The position numbers were made by a program, and so were the translations under genes. Positions 47,126-57,771 of a stretch of 64,000 bases of DNA are shown one piece after another (within the stretch, counting starts at the first letter, position 1; each line of letters opens with the position of its first letter). The DNA comes from Alphaproteobacteria bacterium. Lineage in GTDB: Bacteria > Pseudomonadota > Alphaproteobacteria > Bin95. The notes beneath the pieces were generated by a model. It saw only the letters and a list, made by a program, of their open reading frames with translations, searched no databases and was not told the DNA's origin. The stretch spans positions 1,312,001-1,376,000 of the forward strand of contig OZ224045.1 of NCBI GenBank assembly GCA_963665325.3. Direction: 5' to 3'.

Positions 47126-49210
47126 ATGGATGACAAGAAGCCCGTCTACCGAGTAGGTGTCGATGTTGGCGGCACCTTCACGGATATCGTGCTGGAGGCT
47201 GCCGGCGTGCGGACGTCCGCCAAGGTGCTGACCACATCGCAGGCCCCGGAGAGGGGCGTGATCGACGGTCTGCGCGAGGTCCTGCGGAAGTCGGAGCTCG
47301 CCCCCGGCGATGTAGGCCTTGTCCTCCACGGCACGACACTCGCCACCAATGCGGTCATCGAGAGGCGCGGTGCGCCCACCGCATTCATCACGACCGCCGG
47401 GTTCCGCGACATTCTCGAGGTCGGCTACGAGACCCGGTACGACCAGTACGACCTGATGATCGAGAAGGTGAAGCCGATCGTGCCGCGCCGGCTCCGTTTC
47501 ACCGTGCCGGAGCGCGTCGATGCACGCGGCCGCATACTGGAAGACCTCGACGAGGAGGCCGTTCATGCGCTGGTGCCGGCGCTTTCCGCCGCCGGAATCG
47601 AGAGCGTTGCCGTCGGGTTCTTCCATGCCTACGCCAATCCCGTCCATGAGAAGCGGGTCGAAGCGATCCTGAGCGAGGCCTTGCCGGCGCTCTCGGTGAC
47701 GCTTGCCTCCGAAGTGTGCCCGGAGGTCCGGGAATACGAACGCTTCACCACGGCCAGCGTGAACGCGTATGTCCGGCCGCTGATGGAGGGCTATCTCGCG
47801 CGTCTCGACGGGATGCTCGGTGAAATCGGCATCGGCTGTCCGTTGCTTCTCATGACTTCGGGGGGCGGCCTCACGACCGTTGAGACGGCGAGGCGCCAGC
47901 CGGTTCGGCTCGTGGAATCCGGTCCTGCCGGCGGCGTGTTGCTGGCCCGGGAAATTGCCGCCAGAGCCGGTCTCGACAAGGTCATGTCCTTCGACATGGG
48001 CGGCACGACGGCCAAGATCTGTTTCATCGAGGACCTGGAGCCGAGGCGCGCGCGGGAATTCGAGATCGACCGCCAGGCCCGCTTCATGAAGGGCAGCGGC
48101 CTGCCGCTCCGCATTCCTGTCATCGAGATGGTGGAGATCGGCGCGGGCGGCGGGTCGATCGCCCGCGTGGACCGGCTGGGCCGGATCTCCGTCGGGCCGG
48201 AAAGCGCCGGTGCCGAGCCCGGACCGGCAGGCTATGACCGCGGCGGGGCCGAGGCGACGGTCACGGACGCCGATATCGTCCTTGGCCGCATCGACCCGGA
48301 GGGCTTTGCCGGCGGGCGCATCGAACTGTCCCCCGAACTGTCGGCCGAGGCGGTCGGCCGCAATGTGGGGGCAGTCCTGGAGCTTGGGCATTCGCAGGCG
48401 GCGCAGGGGCTGGTCGAAATCGTCGATGAGAACATGTCGAACGCGGCGCGGGTTCTCGCCGTCGAGGAAGGCAAGGTCGCATCGGAGCAGACGATTATCG
48501 CCTTCGGTGGCGCAGCCCCCCTCCATGCCTGCCGGATTGCGGAAAAGCTGGGCATTCAGAGAATTGTCGTCCCGGTCGATGCCGGAGTGGGTTCGGCCGT
48601 CGGGTTCCTCAGGGCCCCGGTCGCCTACGAGGTGGTGCGCAGCCTCAATATGCGCCTGTCGGCCCTCGACGCCGGGGCCGTGAACGAGCTGATGGCCGAC
48701 ATGCGCCGGGAAGCCCGCAGCGTCGTGGAGTCGGGCGCATTCGGCGCGGCGCTTGCCGAACGCCGCGTCGCTTACATGCGCTATCTGGGGCAGGGGCACG
48801 AAATCGCCGTGTCCGTAGAGGCCGAGCATCTCGGCCCCGATGACGGGCGCACCCTGCAGGCGGCCTACGACCGCGAATATGAGCGCTTGTTCAAGCGGGT
48901 CATCCCGGACGCCGATGTCGAGGTGCTGTCCTGGGGCCTGACCGTTTCGACGGCGGAAACCATGCCGGCGGCCGAGGCGGGCGCGGGAATATCGGCCGCG
49001 CCGGAGCCGGCCGGCTGGCGGGACATCCACGACACGGAAAGCGGCGAGGCGGCCCGGGTGCCGCTGTACCGGCGCGCCGACCTGGCCGCGGGTGACGGGC
49101 TGGACGGCCCGGCGCTGATCGTGGAAGAGCAGACTTCGACCTTCGTCTCCCGGGCGTTCACGGCGATGCTCGCTCCGGGAGGTAATATCGTGTTGGACAG
49201 ACGGGTTTAG
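47126..49210 (+). CDS. hyuA: Hydantoinase A / 5-oxoprolinase-family subunit
   Basis: VDVGGTFTD, HGTTLATNA, ESGPAGG, FDMGGTTAK, GPESAGAEPGP. Confidence 0.92.
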   Translation: MDDKKPVYRVGVDVGGTFTDIVLEAAGVRTSAKVLTTSQAPERGVIDGLREVLRKSELAPGDVGLVLHGTTLATNAVIERRGAPTAFITTAGFRDILEVGYETRYDQYDLMIEKVKPIVPRRLRFTVPERVDARGRILEDLDEEAVHALVPALSAAGIESVAVGFFHAYANPVHEKRVEAILSEALPALSVTLASEVCPEVREYERFTTASVNAYVRPLMEGYLARLDGMLGEIGIGCPLLLMTSGGGLTTVETARRQPVRLVESGPAGGVLLAREIAARAGLDKVMSFDMGGTTAKICFIEDLEPRRAREFEIDRQARFMKGSGLPLRIPVIEMVEIGAGGGSIARVDRLGRISVGPESAGAEPGPAGYDRGGAEATVTDADIVLGRIDPEGFAGGRIELSPELSAEAVGRNVGAVLELGHSQAAQGLVEIVDENMSNAARVLAVEEGKVASEQTIIAFGGAAPLHACRIAEKLGIQRIVVPVDAGVGSAVGFLRAPVAYEVVRSLNMRLSALDAGAVNELMADMRREARSVVESGAFGAALAERRVAYMRYLGQGHEIAVSVEAEHLGPDDGRTLQAAYDREYERLFKRVIPDADVEVLSWGLTVSTAETMPAAEAGAGISAAPEPAGWRDIHDTESGEAARVPLYRRADLAAGDGLDGPALIVEEQTSTFVSRAFTAMLAPGGNIVLDRRV

Positions 49211-49221
49211 GGGACCGGGAT

Positions 49222-50886
49222 ATGGCAAACAAAGACGGCCTTGATGTCATTACCAGGCAGGTGATGTGGAACCGCCTGATCTCCGTTGTCGAAGAGCAGG
49301 CGCAAACGCTGCTGAGAACGGCCTTCAGCCCGATCGTGCGCGAATGCGGCGACCTCTCGGCCGGTGTGTTCGACCTCAAGGGCCGGATGCTGGCCCAGGC
49401 GGTGACCGGGACCCCCGGCCATGTCAACTCCATGGCCGAGTCCGTGCAGCATTTCATCCGCCACTTCCCGGTCGCGGAGATGAACGAAGGCGACATCTAC
49501 ATCACCAACGACCCCTGGCTGGGCACGGGCCACCTCAACGACTTCGTGCTGACCACACCCTGTTTTCGCGAGGGCAAGCCGGTCGGCCTGTTCTCCTGCA
49601 CCTCGCACCTGACCGATATCGGCGGCATCGGCGTCGGCCCCGACGCGACGGACGTGCATATGGAGGGGCTCTACATCCCGATGCTGAAGCTCGCCGACCG
49701 CGGCCGGATCGACAAGACCCTCATGGCGATGGTCCGCCGCAACACCCGCGAGCCGGTGGAATGCGAGGGCGACGTCTATTCGCTCGCTGCCTGCAATGAG
49801 GTGGGCTGCGTTCGCCTGGTCGAAATGATGGACGAATTCGGGCTCGACGAACTCGGCGAACTCGGCGAATACATCGTCTCGAGTTCCCGCCGCGCCGTGC
49901 TCGCGGAAGTCGCCGAGCTGCCGAAGGGCAAGTATCGCAACGCCATGACCCTGGACGGATACGACCGGCCGATAGACCTGGTCGCGACGCTGGAGATCGG
50001 CGACGAGGGCATCCATGTCGATTATGACGGCACTTCGCCCATGTCGCGCTACGGCGTGAATGTGCCGATGGCCTACACGACCGCCTATACCAGCTTCGGG
50101 CTCGGCTGCGCGATTGCGCCGGGCGTTCCGAACAATGCGGGCTCGCTCTCCGCCTTCCGGGTGACGGCGCCAGAGCGCTCCATCCTCAACGCGCCCTATC
50201 CGGCGGCGGTCTGCGCTCGGCACCTCATCGGGCAACAGTTGCCCGACGTCGTGTTCGGTTGCCTCGAGAAGGTCGTGCCCGAGCGCGTGCCGGCGGAGGG
50301 TGCCTCGTCGCTCTGGAACATCACCTTCCGCGGGGAAGCCGACCGGGGCTCGAACGAGCGGAGGCTATTCGCCTTCACCGCGGTGACGAACGGAGGCACC
50401 GGTGCGCGGGGCGTGAAGGACGGCCTGAACGGCACCGCCTATCCGAGCGGGGTCAAGGGCACGCCGGTCGAGATCGTCGAGACGATGACGCCGGTGGTGT
50501 TCCGCCGCAAGGAGTTGCGCACCGATTCCGCCGGGCCCGGAACCTGGCGCGGCGGAGCCGGGCAGGTGATCGAGCTCGAGTCGGCGGACGGCAGGGACAT
50601 GGAGCTGCTGGCCGCCTATGAGCGCATCGACCATCCGGCGCGGGGGCGCGCCGGCGGCGGCGGCGGAGAGGCGGGCGCGGTCTTCCTGGCTTCGGGAACC
50701 CGGCTGAAGGGCAAGGGCACGCAGACCATCCCGGCCGGCGAGACGCTCGTGCTGCACACCCCCGGCGGCGGAGGGCACGGGCCCTCAAGGAACCGCCCGC
50801 CTGAAGCCGTGGCTGCGGATGTCGAGGACGGCCTCATCACCGAGGCGGCAGCCCGCAGAGACTATGGCTGGGAGGGCGCTGCCTAG
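49222..50886 (+). CDS. hyuB: Hydantoinase B / 5-oxoprolinase-family subunit
   Basis: RTAFSPIVRECGDLS, NDPWLGTGHLND, HLTDIGG, TPGGGGHG. Confidence 0.92.
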   Translation: MANKDGLDVITRQVMWNRLISVVEEQAQTLLRTAFSPIVRECGDLSAGVFDLKGRMLAQAVTGTPGHVNSMAESVQHFIRHFPVAEMNEGDIYITNDPWLGTGHLNDFVLTTPCFREGKPVGLFSCTSHLTDIGGIGVGPDATDVHMEGLYIPMLKLADRGRIDKTLMAMVRRNTREPVECEGDVYSLAACNEVGCVRLVEMMDEFGLDELGELGEYIVSSSRRAVLAEVAELPKGKYRNAMTLDGYDRPIDLVATLEIGDEGIHVDYDGTSPMSRYGVNVPMAYTTAYTSFGLGCAIAPGVPNNAGSLSAFRVTAPERSILNAPYPAAVCARHLIGQQLPDVVFGCLEKVVPERVPAEGASSLWNITFRGEADRGSNERRLFAFTAVTNGGTGARGVKDGLNGTAYPSGVKGTPVEIVETMTPVVFRRKELRTDSAGPGTWRGGAGQVIELESADGRDMELLAAYERIDHPARGRAGGGGGEAGAVFLASGTRLKGKGTQTIPAGETLVLHTPGGGGHGPSRNRPPEAVAADVEDGLITEAAARRDYGWEGAA

Positions 50887-52187
50887 CCCTTCAGCTTGAT
50901 GTTGTCGGGCAGGAACATGACGATATCGGGGAAGACCGTAATCAGCAGCGCCATCGCCGCCATGATGAAGAAGAAGGGCAGGGTGGCGATGGCGATGCGC
51001 CCGATCTTCTCGCCGGTCATGCCCTGAATGACGAAAAGGTTGAACCCGACGGGCGGCGTTATCTGCGCCATCTCCACGACAATCACCAGGAAGATGCCGA
51101 ACCAGACCTTGTCGAAGCCGGCCTGCGTCACGAGCGCCAGCGTGATCGGCAAGGTCATGACGATGCTCGACATGCCTTCGAGCACACAACCCAGAATGGC
51201 GTAGAAGACCAGCAGCAGCAGGATGAGCCCGAAGGGCGACAGGCCGAGCCCCGCGATCTCTCCGGCGATGATGCGCGGCACGCCCAGATAGCCGATGGCA
51301 ATGGACAGGAAATAGGCGCCGGCCACGATCAGCCCGATCATGGAGATGGTGCGGACGGCGCCGAAACAGGCCTGGCGCAGATTGCCGTAGGTGAGCGTGC
51401 CCTGCATGGCGCTGACGATGAGGGCGCCGACAACGCCGACCGCGGCCGCCTCCGAAGGGCTGGCATAGCCGCCGTACATCGAGCCCAGCACGAGGAAAAT
51501 CAGGAAAACGACCGGACCGAGATGCCGGAGGCCGGCAAGCCGCTCGGCCATCGGGACGAAGAGTTCCTCGTTCGAGGCCATGGAAGGCCGGGTCAGGGTT
51601 CTGATCGCGATATAGAGCATGTAGCCGAGCGCGAGCAGGAGCCCCGGAACCACGCCCGCGATGAAGAGCTTCAGGATCGAGGTCTCGGCGAGCACGCCAT
51701 AGACGATCAGCACCAGGCTCGGCGGGATCAGCAGGCCGAGCGTGCCGGCGCCCGCGAGCGAACCCATCGCCAGGTCCTTGTCGTAGCCGCGCCGGAAGAG
51801 TTCGGTAAGCGTGATGCGCCCGACCGTGGCCGTGGTGGCGGCCGACGAGCCGGAAATCGCGGCGAAGAGCGTGCAGCCGATCACATTGACATGCAGCAGG
51901 CGGCCGGGCAGGCGGGTCGTCCAGGGCGTGATCCCGGCGAACAGCGTCTCGGAAAGCTTGGTGCGGAACAGGATTTCCGCCATCAGGATGAACATCGGCA
52001 GCGCCAGCAGCTCCGGCGTCGTCGTGACGTTCCAGATCATCTGGGCGAGCAGCTTCTCGACCGGCATGGACCGGAAGAGGCCCAGCGAGATCAACCCGAC
52101 GGATATCAGCGACACGGCAACCCAGACGCCCGCGGCGAGCGTAACCGCAAGAAGGCCGAGGACCGTGAAGACGATGGCGGTGGTCAT
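50883..52187 (-). CDS. dctM: TRAP transporter large permease
   Basis: ISGSSAAT, AGTLGLLIPPS, ITPPVGFNLFV. Confidence 0.95.
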   Translation of the reverse strand: MTTAIVFTVLGLLAVTLAAGVWVAVSLISVGLISLGLFRSMPVEKLLAQMIWNVTTTPELLALPMFILMAEILFRTKLSETLFAGITPWTTRLPGRLLHVNVIGCTLFAAISGSSAATTATVGRITLTELFRRGYDKDLAMGSLAGAGTLGLLIPPSLVLIVYGVLAETSILKLFIAGVVPGLLLALGYMLYIAIRTLTRPSMASNEELFVPMAERLAGLRHLGPVVFLIFLVLGSMYGGYASPSEAAAVGVVGALIVSAMQGTLTYGNLRQACFGAVRTISMIGLIVAGAYFLSIAIGYLGVPRIIAGEIAGLGLSPFGLILLLLVFYAILGCVLEGMSSIVMTLPITLALVTQAGFDKVWFGIFLVIVVEMAQITPPVGFNLFVIQGMTGEKIGRIAIATLPFFFIMAAMALLITVFPDIVMFLPDNIKLKG

Positions 52188-52202
52188 GGAGGCTGCCGCC
52201 TT

Positions 52203-52727
52203 CTACTCGACGCTGTAGGAGCGCATGGCTTCCCGGTCGTCGGGCGGATCGTCGATAAGCAGCCGGATCAGGCGGACGATCATCTGGAGGGCCAGAAGCG
52301 TTGCGCCGACCGCAAGCCCGGAGGTCGGATAGATCAGGGGCACGGCGACCACGGTGAACGAGGTGCTGCCGGAGACGAAAGTCTGCCAGGCGAAGAGGAT
52401 CATGGAATAGGCCAGGTAACAGGTGATGGCGACGCCGAAGATCGTGGCGAGGAACTCCGAGATCCTGGCCACATGGGCGTTCCGGCTGGTGATGAGGAAC
52501 GCGACACGGACCTGGCCGCCGGTTCGAAGCGTGAAAGCGGCGCCGAGGAAAATCGCGGTGCCGAGGAAATAGGAACTGTATTCCCAGGCGAAGCTGAGCG
52601 AGATGTTGAAGACGGTGCGGCAGATGACTTCCGCGATAATGAGGACCACGATGCCGACCACGAGCAGCACGGCGAGCACGCCGGCAACCTGGGACACCCT
52701 GTCCATGGCGGTCAGCACTGCCCGCAC
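52203..52727 (-). CDS. dctQ: TRAP transporter small permease
   Basis: Four TM segments; lies between dctP and dctM. Confidence 0.9.
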   Translation of the reverse strand: MRAVLTAMDRVSQVAGVLAVLLVVGIVVLIIAEVICRTVFNISLSFAWEYSSYFLGTAIFLGAAFTLRTGGQVRVAFLITSRNAHVARISEFLATIFGVAITCYLAYSMILFAWQTFVSGSTSFTVVAVPLIYPTSGLAVGATLLALQMIVRLIRLLIDDPPDDREAMRSYSVE

Positions 52728-52744
52728 CGGTCCCTCCCCGCGAA

Positions 52745-52771
52745 CGGCTCCCCGGCGAAACCGGGGAGCCG
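52745..52771. terminator. GC-rich hairpin between dctP and dctQ
   Basis: CGGCTCCCCGG-CGAAA-CCGGGGAGCCG, 11-bp perfect stem. Confidence 0.65.
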
Positions 52772-52788
52772 CGCCGCCCTAAAGTCGA

Positions 52789-53781
52789 TTAGCGTCCGAC
52801 AGCCTTCCAGAAGTCCTCGATGACCATCTTGGCCTTCGGATTGTCGTCCATGAACATGGCGACCATGGGCTGCGTCGATTCCTGCATGCCCTTGAGCATT
52901 TCGGGAGTGACTACGCCCATCGCGACGCCATTGTCGTTCAGGATCTTGGACTTCGCCTCGTCCTCCATGCGACTCACATCCCAGAACGGGGCCTCGAGCC
53001 GCTTGGCGGTTTCCTCGATCGCGGCCCGGTCCTTCTCGTCGATAGCCGCCCAGGCGTCGAGATTGACGTTCACCATGTTCGAACCCCAGACATGGGCGGT
53101 CGGATACATGAACTTCAGGAATTCCCAGAACTTGCCGTCCACGCCCGAACTGGCCGAGGTGGTGACGGCGTCGATGGTGCCGGCGGCGAGCGACGGCACG
53201 ACCTCGCCCCAGGGAAGCTGGACCGCCGTCATACCCACGGCATTGAAGAGAGCGGTGGTGGTCTTGTCATAGGTACGGATCTTGATGCCGGCCAGGTCTT
53301 CGAGCTTGCCGATCGGCACTTTGGTGTAAACATACTGCCGGGGCCACGGCACCATGTAGAGCACCTTCTGGTTGAACTCGGCCGCGACCTCGTTCAGCAC
53401 CGGACGGAAATGGCTGTGCAATGTCCGCAGTTCGTCGAACCCGGAGACGAGATAAGGCTGTGCCTCGATACCGACGAGAGCGGACTCGCCGACCTGCTGG
53501 TTCAGCAGGACGTCGCCGATCGGCACGAGCCCGTCGCGGACCGCGGTCAGCATTTCCGGGCCCTTGAAGCCGAGCGAGCCGCCGGGGTGGATATTGATCG
53601 TCACGCGGCCCTCGGTCGCCTTTTCGACCTCGGCAGCGAACACCTTGGCGTTCTCGACATGGAAATTGCCGTCCGGCCACGCCAGCGGCAGGTCCCATTC
53701 GGCCGCCGAAAGCGCGGTGGCGCCGAACGACAGCAGCGCAGCCGCCGCGGTCACAGGCAAAATTCGACGCATTGCGGTCAT
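52789..53781 (-). CDS. dctP: TRAP substrate-binding protein
   Basis: Signal peptide, HPGGSLG, LAGIKIRTY, QLPWGEVVPSLAAG. Confidence 0.93.
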   Translation of the reverse strand: MTAMRRILPVTAAAALLSFGATALSAAEWDLPLAWPDGNFHVENAKVFAAEVEKATEGRVTINIHPGGSLGFKGPEMLTAVRDGLVPIGDVLLNQQVGESALVGIEAQPYLVSGFDELRTLHSHFRPVLNEVAAEFNQKVLYMVPWPRQYVYTKVPIGKLEDLAGIKIRTYDKTTTALFNAVGMTAVQLPWGEVVPSLAAGTIDAVTTSASSGVDGKFWEFLKFMYPTAHVWGSNMVNVNLDAWAAIDEKDRAAIEETAKRLEAPFWDVSRMEDEAKSKILNDNGVAMGVVTPEMLKGMQESTQPMVAMFMDDNPKAKMVIEDFWKAVGR

Positions 53782-53978
53782 GGAAATTCCTCCTCCCGGT
53801 TGCTAGTCAGCGGACTCGGCAGGACTCGCTCACGCCCGCCGGCGACTTGCAAGTTCCGCTTGTCGCACTGTCGCGACAGTCGCGCAGCCAGCCTGGGCTG
53901 TCAAATGCCGTTCCGCGGCATCGGCCGGCATGACCGCGCCTCCCCCGGGCGGGGCCGTTGTGCTAGGCTCCGCGCGCA

Positions 53979-54590
53979 ATGGCTGTCCACGTCCACCGCA
54001 ACGATATTCCCGAAGGTCTGGCTTTCGGCGCCCTGGCGGCGGTCGATACCGAAACCATGGGACTGAAGCCGTCCCGGGACCGGCTTTGCGTGGTGCAGCT
54101 TTCGGCCGGAGACGGCAACGCCCATCTGGTCCAGTTCCTCGACGGTGACTATGCGGCTCCGCGCCTGAAGGCCTTGTTGACAGACCCCGGCGTCACCAAA
54201 TTGTTCCACTTCGCGCGCTTCGACCTCGCTGTGCTGAAGCGTTATCTGGGCGCGGCGGCTTGGCCGGTCTATTGCACCCGCACCGCTTCCCGGCTGGTCC
54301 GCACCTATACCGACCGGCACGGCCTGAAGGACCTCTGCAAGGAACTGCTCGGCATCGAAATCTCCAAGACACAACAGTCGTCGGACTGGGGCGCGGCTGA
54401 CCTGACCGGACCGCAGCGGGACTACGCTGCCGCCGATGTGCTGCACCTGCACCGCCTGAAGGAACGCCTCGATTCCATGCTAGCCAGGGAAGGTCGGACG
54501 GAGCTGGCGGCGGCCTGTTTCGACTTTTTGCCGGTTCGGGCGCGGCTCGACCTCGAGGGCTGGGCCGAGGAGGACATCTTTGCTCACTGA
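53979..54590 (+). CDS. rnd: Ribonuclease D-like 3'-5' exonuclease
   Basis: AVDTETMGL, FHFARFD, QQSSDWG, YAAADV. Confidence 0.92.
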   Translation: MAVHVHRNDIPEGLAFGALAAVDTETMGLKPSRDRLCVVQLSAGDGNAHLVQFLDGDYAAPRLKALLTDPGVTKLFHFARFDLAVLKRYLGAAAWPVYCTRTASRLVRTYTDRHGLKDLCKELLGIEISKTQQSSDWGAADLTGPQRDYAAADVLHLHRLKERLDSMLAREGRTELAAACFDFLPVRARLDLEGWAEEDIFAH

Positions 54591-55551
54591 ATCGCCCGAT
54601 AACGCGGTGCGCGCGGCCGGACGCAGGGTACTTGCGATGGAGGCGGAGGCGCTGCTGGCGCTGGCCGACAGTCTGGAGGGCGCCTTCGACGAAGCGGTGG
54701 ACATCCTGGCCGACGCCAGCGGGCGGGTGATCGTGACCGGTATGGGCAAGAGCGGCCATGTCGCCGTCAAGATCGCGTCCACGCTGGCCTCGACCGGCAC
54801 GCCCGCGCACTTCGTCCATCCGGGCGAGGCGGCGCACGGCGACCTCGGCATGATCGCGCGGGGCGATGTTCTGTTGGCGCTTTCGAATTCGGGCGGCACG
54901 GCCGAACTCGCCGCTGTCATCGCCCATGCGGCGCGCAGTTCGGTGCCGTTGATCGCAGTGACGGCCAACGCCGACAGCCCGCTGGCCGGGGCCGCCCGGC
55001 TCTCGATGGTGCTGCCGCCGGTGTCTGAAGCCTGCCCGATGGGCCTCGCGCCCACGACCTCCACCACCATGATGCTGGCGCTCGGCGATGCCCTGGCAGT
55101 GGCGCTGCTGGAGCGCAAGGGCTTTTCCGCGGACGATTTCCGCACCCTGCATCCCGGCGGTTCGCTCGGCCAGAGCCTGCAGCTCGTTTCGGACATCATG
55201 CATGACGGAGATGCCATGCCGCTCATCGGGACCGACACGTTGATGGCCGAGGCGCTGATCGAGATCTCGTCCAAGACGTTCGGCTGCGTCGGCGTGACAG
55301 ACGGGGCGGGCGCCTTGCTCGGCATCGTGACGGACGGCGACCTGCGCCGCTCGATGAGCACGGACCTGCTGCAGCGTCCCGTGTCGGCGATCATGACCGC
55401 CTCGCCCAAGACCATCCGCCCGAGGGCGCTGGTGGCCGAGGCCGTGGCGGTGATGAACGAGGCTCAGATCACCGCGCTTTTCGTCGTCGAGGACGATATG
55501 CCGGTCGGCATCGTCCACCTCCACGACTGCCTCCGCGCCGGGGTCGCCTGA
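54580..55551 (+). CDS. kdsD: Arabinose-5-phosphate isomerase (SIS + CBS)
   Basis: TGMGKSGH, HPGEAAHGDLG, APTTST, HPGG. Confidence 0.95.
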   Translation: MLTESPDNAVRAAGRRVLAMEAEALLALADSLEGAFDEAVDILADASGRVIVTGMGKSGHVAVKIASTLASTGTPAHFVHPGEAAHGDLGMIARGDVLLALSNSGGTAELAAVIAHAARSSVPLIAVTANADSPLAGAARLSMVLPPVSEACPMGLAPTTSTTMMLALGDALAVALLERKGFSADDFRTLHPGGSLGQSLQLVSDIMHDGDAMPLIGTDTLMAEALIEISSKTFGCVGVTDGAGALLGIVTDGDLRRSMSTDLLQRPVSAIMTASPKTIRPRALVAEAVAVMNEAQITALFVVEDDMPVGIVHLHDCLRAGVA

Positions 55552-55554
55552 GCC

Positions 55555-56193
55555 TTGGCGGCCCGCAGCGAGGCATATTTTGCTTTCGCGCGCGCCGGCC
55601 GGCGGCCGCGGGTCTCGCGCCTCTATTCGCTCTTCGTGCGGGGGGCGAAGGTCGCGCTGCCGGCTGGCGCCGCCGTTCTGCTGCTTGCGGTTTTCGCGTG
55701 GCCGGAAGCCGAAGACATTCTGGTGCCGGGGTGGAAGGATGAGGTGTCCACGCAGGTCTCGATGACCAATATGGAGGCCTTTGGCTGGGACGAGGACCGA
55801 CCCTACTCGATCCGTTCCGCCGGCGTCCGCCAGCTCGGCACCGAGGGGCGGCGTTTCCTGATGGAGCGCCCGAGGGCCTGGATCGTCCTTCCCGACGGTG
55901 CATGGCTTTCCGGCAGCGGCGAGAGCGGCGTCGTGGACTGGACGAAACGGACCGTGCACCTGTCGGGCGAGGTTCGGCTCACCCACGAGGCCGGCTACGC
56001 TATCCGCACCCAGGCGGCTTTCGTGAACCTTGCCGACAAGACGGCAATCGGAGACGGGCCGGTGGAGGGCGACGGCAATTCGGGCCGGTTCCGGGCCGAG
56101 GGCTTCCAGGTTCTGGATGGCGGGAACAGAATCCGGCTGCTGGGCCGCTCCGCTGTCCGGTTCAATATTGAGCCTGGGGCAACACCGCAATGA
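55555..56193 (+). CDS. lptC: LPS export protein LptC
   Basis: Single TM plus beta-rich domain; synteny between kdsD and lptA. Confidence 0.8.
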   Translation: MAARSEAYFAFARAGRRPRVSRLYSLFVRGAKVALPAGAAVLLLAVFAWPEAEDILVPGWKDEVSTQVSMTNMEAFGWDEDRPYSIRSAGVRQLGTEGRRFLMERPRAWIVLPDGAWLSGSGESGVVDWTKRTVHLSGEVRLTHEAGYAIRTQAAFVNLADKTAIGDGPVEGDGNSGRFRAEGFQVLDGGNRIRLLGRSAVRFNIEPGATPQ

Positions 56194-56990
56194 AACGGGC
56201 CGCGCTCGCCATTCTTCCGATTCTGGTTTCCGCTGCGGCGGGAGGTTTCGAACTCGACCTCGCTACCGGAACGGGAGGCCCGCTCCAGATCGAGGCAGCC
56301 GGGAGCATCGAGTGGCGGCGCGACGAGAAGGTCTATATCGCGGAAGGCAGCGTTCGCGCCGAGCAGGGCGACCTGATGCTGGAGGCGGAAACCTTGGCCG
56401 CCTACTACCGGCCTGACGAGGAGGGAAAGACCCAGATCGAACGGATCGAGGCAAGCGGCGGCGTAACGATCCGTTCCCCGGACGGGACTGCGAACGGCAG
56501 CGAGGCGGTATACGACGTCGACAAGTCGCTCATCGTGATGCGCGGCGGCGACCTCGCGCTCAAGACCGCCGAATACCGGGTCACGGCCCGCGAGAGCCTC
56601 GAATTCCATCGGGGCGAAAACTATGCCGTGGCGCGCGGTGCGGCCCGGGCGGTGCGGGCGGAGGAGTCCGTCTCGGCGGAGACCCTGGTGGTGCGGTTCG
56701 AAGAAACGGGCGAAGGCAGTCTCGCCGCGCGGCGGCTGGAGGCGTTCGGCGGCGTCGAGGTCCGAAACGGGCCCGATACGATTACCGGCGAGCGGGGCTA
56801 TTACGACGCTGGGACGCAGACCGCCGAAATCTGCGGCGATGTCCGGGTGCAGCAAGGCCCCAACAGGATGGCCGGCGAGTGCGCCGAGCTCGACCTGGCA
56901 AGGGGCCGGAGCCGCCTGATCGCGGGTGCCGGCCAGCGTGTGAGCGGATTGTTCGAGCCCGGCGCAGCGGACGTCGCGCCGTCGCAATGA
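56190..56990 (+). CDS. lptA: LptA/OstA-family protein
   Basis: Signal peptide, IEASGGV, OstA-like repeats; synteny. Confidence 0.85.
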   Translation: MKRAALAILPILVSAAAGGFELDLATGTGGPLQIEAAGSIEWRRDEKVYIAEGSVRAEQGDLMLEAETLAAYYRPDEEGKTQIERIEASGGVTIRSPDGTANGSEAVYDVDKSLIVMRGGDLALKTAEYRVTARESLEFHRGENYAVARGAARAVRAEESVSAETLVVRFEETGEGSLAARRLEAFGGVEVRNGPDTITGERGYYDAGTQTAEICGDVRVQQGPNRMAGECAELDLARGRSRLIAGAGQRVSGLFEPGAADVAPSQ

Positions 56991-57715
56991 CGGAGACCGG
57001 CCTCGCCGCGTCCGGCCTAGCCAAACGGTATCGCAGGCGCACGGTCCTGCGCGATGTGTCGCTGTCTGTCGGCAGGGGCGAGGCTGTGGGCCTGCTCGGG
57101 CCGAACGGCGCCGGCAAGACCACCTGCTTCTACATCATGACCGGCCTGACGGCGCCGGACAGCGGAAATGTCAGCATTGACGGGCAGGATGTGACCGGCC
57201 TTCCGCTCTACCGCCGCGCGCGGCTCGGCCTCGGCTATCTGCCCCAAGAGCCTTCGATCTTCCGCGGCATGACGGTCGAGGCGAACATCCGCGCCGTGCT
57301 CGAAGTTGTCGAGAGCAGCCGGCCCCTGCGCGACGCCGTTCTGGAAGACCTGCTGGAGGAATTCGCCATCGGCCATTTGCGCCGCTCGCCGGCTTTGGCG
57401 CTTTCCGGCGGCGAGCGGCGGCGGGTGGAGATAGCCCGCGCGCTCGCGGCGCGTCCGAACTACGTCCTGCTGGACGAGCCGCTGGCCGGCATCGACCCTA
57501 TCGCCGTCGGTGAAATCCGCGATCTGGTCTCGCGTCTCAAGGACCGGGGCATCGGCGTGCTGATTACGGACCACAATGTCCGCGAGACACTGGAGATTGT
57601 GGACCGCGCCTACATCCTGGCGGGCGGCGCCATCCTCAAGGAGGGCGCCCCGGTGGATATCATCGCCGACGAGCATGTCCGCCGCGTCTATCTCGGGGAC
57701 AGCTTCAGCCTGTAG
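56987..57715 (+). CDS. lptB: LPS export ABC ATPase
   Basis: GPNGAGKTT, YLPQEPSIF, LSGGERRR, ITDHNVRETL. Confidence 0.96.
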   Translation: MTETGLAASGLAKRYRRRTVLRDVSLSVGRGEAVGLLGPNGAGKTTCFYIMTGLTAPDSGNVSIDGQDVTGLPLYRRARLGLGYLPQEPSIFRGMTVEANIRAVLEVVESSRPLRDAVLEDLLEEFAIGHLRRSPALALSGGERRRVEIARALAARPNYVLLDEPLAGIDPIAVGEIRDLVSRLKDRGIGVLITDHNVRETLEIVDRAYILAGGAILKEGAPVDIIADEHVRRVYLGDSFSL

Positions 57716-57771
57716 GTCCGTTTTGGGCTATAACGCGCCTCGGAGAGAAGACGGGATCGGCGAACGGCTGC

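Noticed and set aside
46799-49228. 809-aa - strand ORF
   Set aside because: Antisense shadow of the hydantoinase A gene
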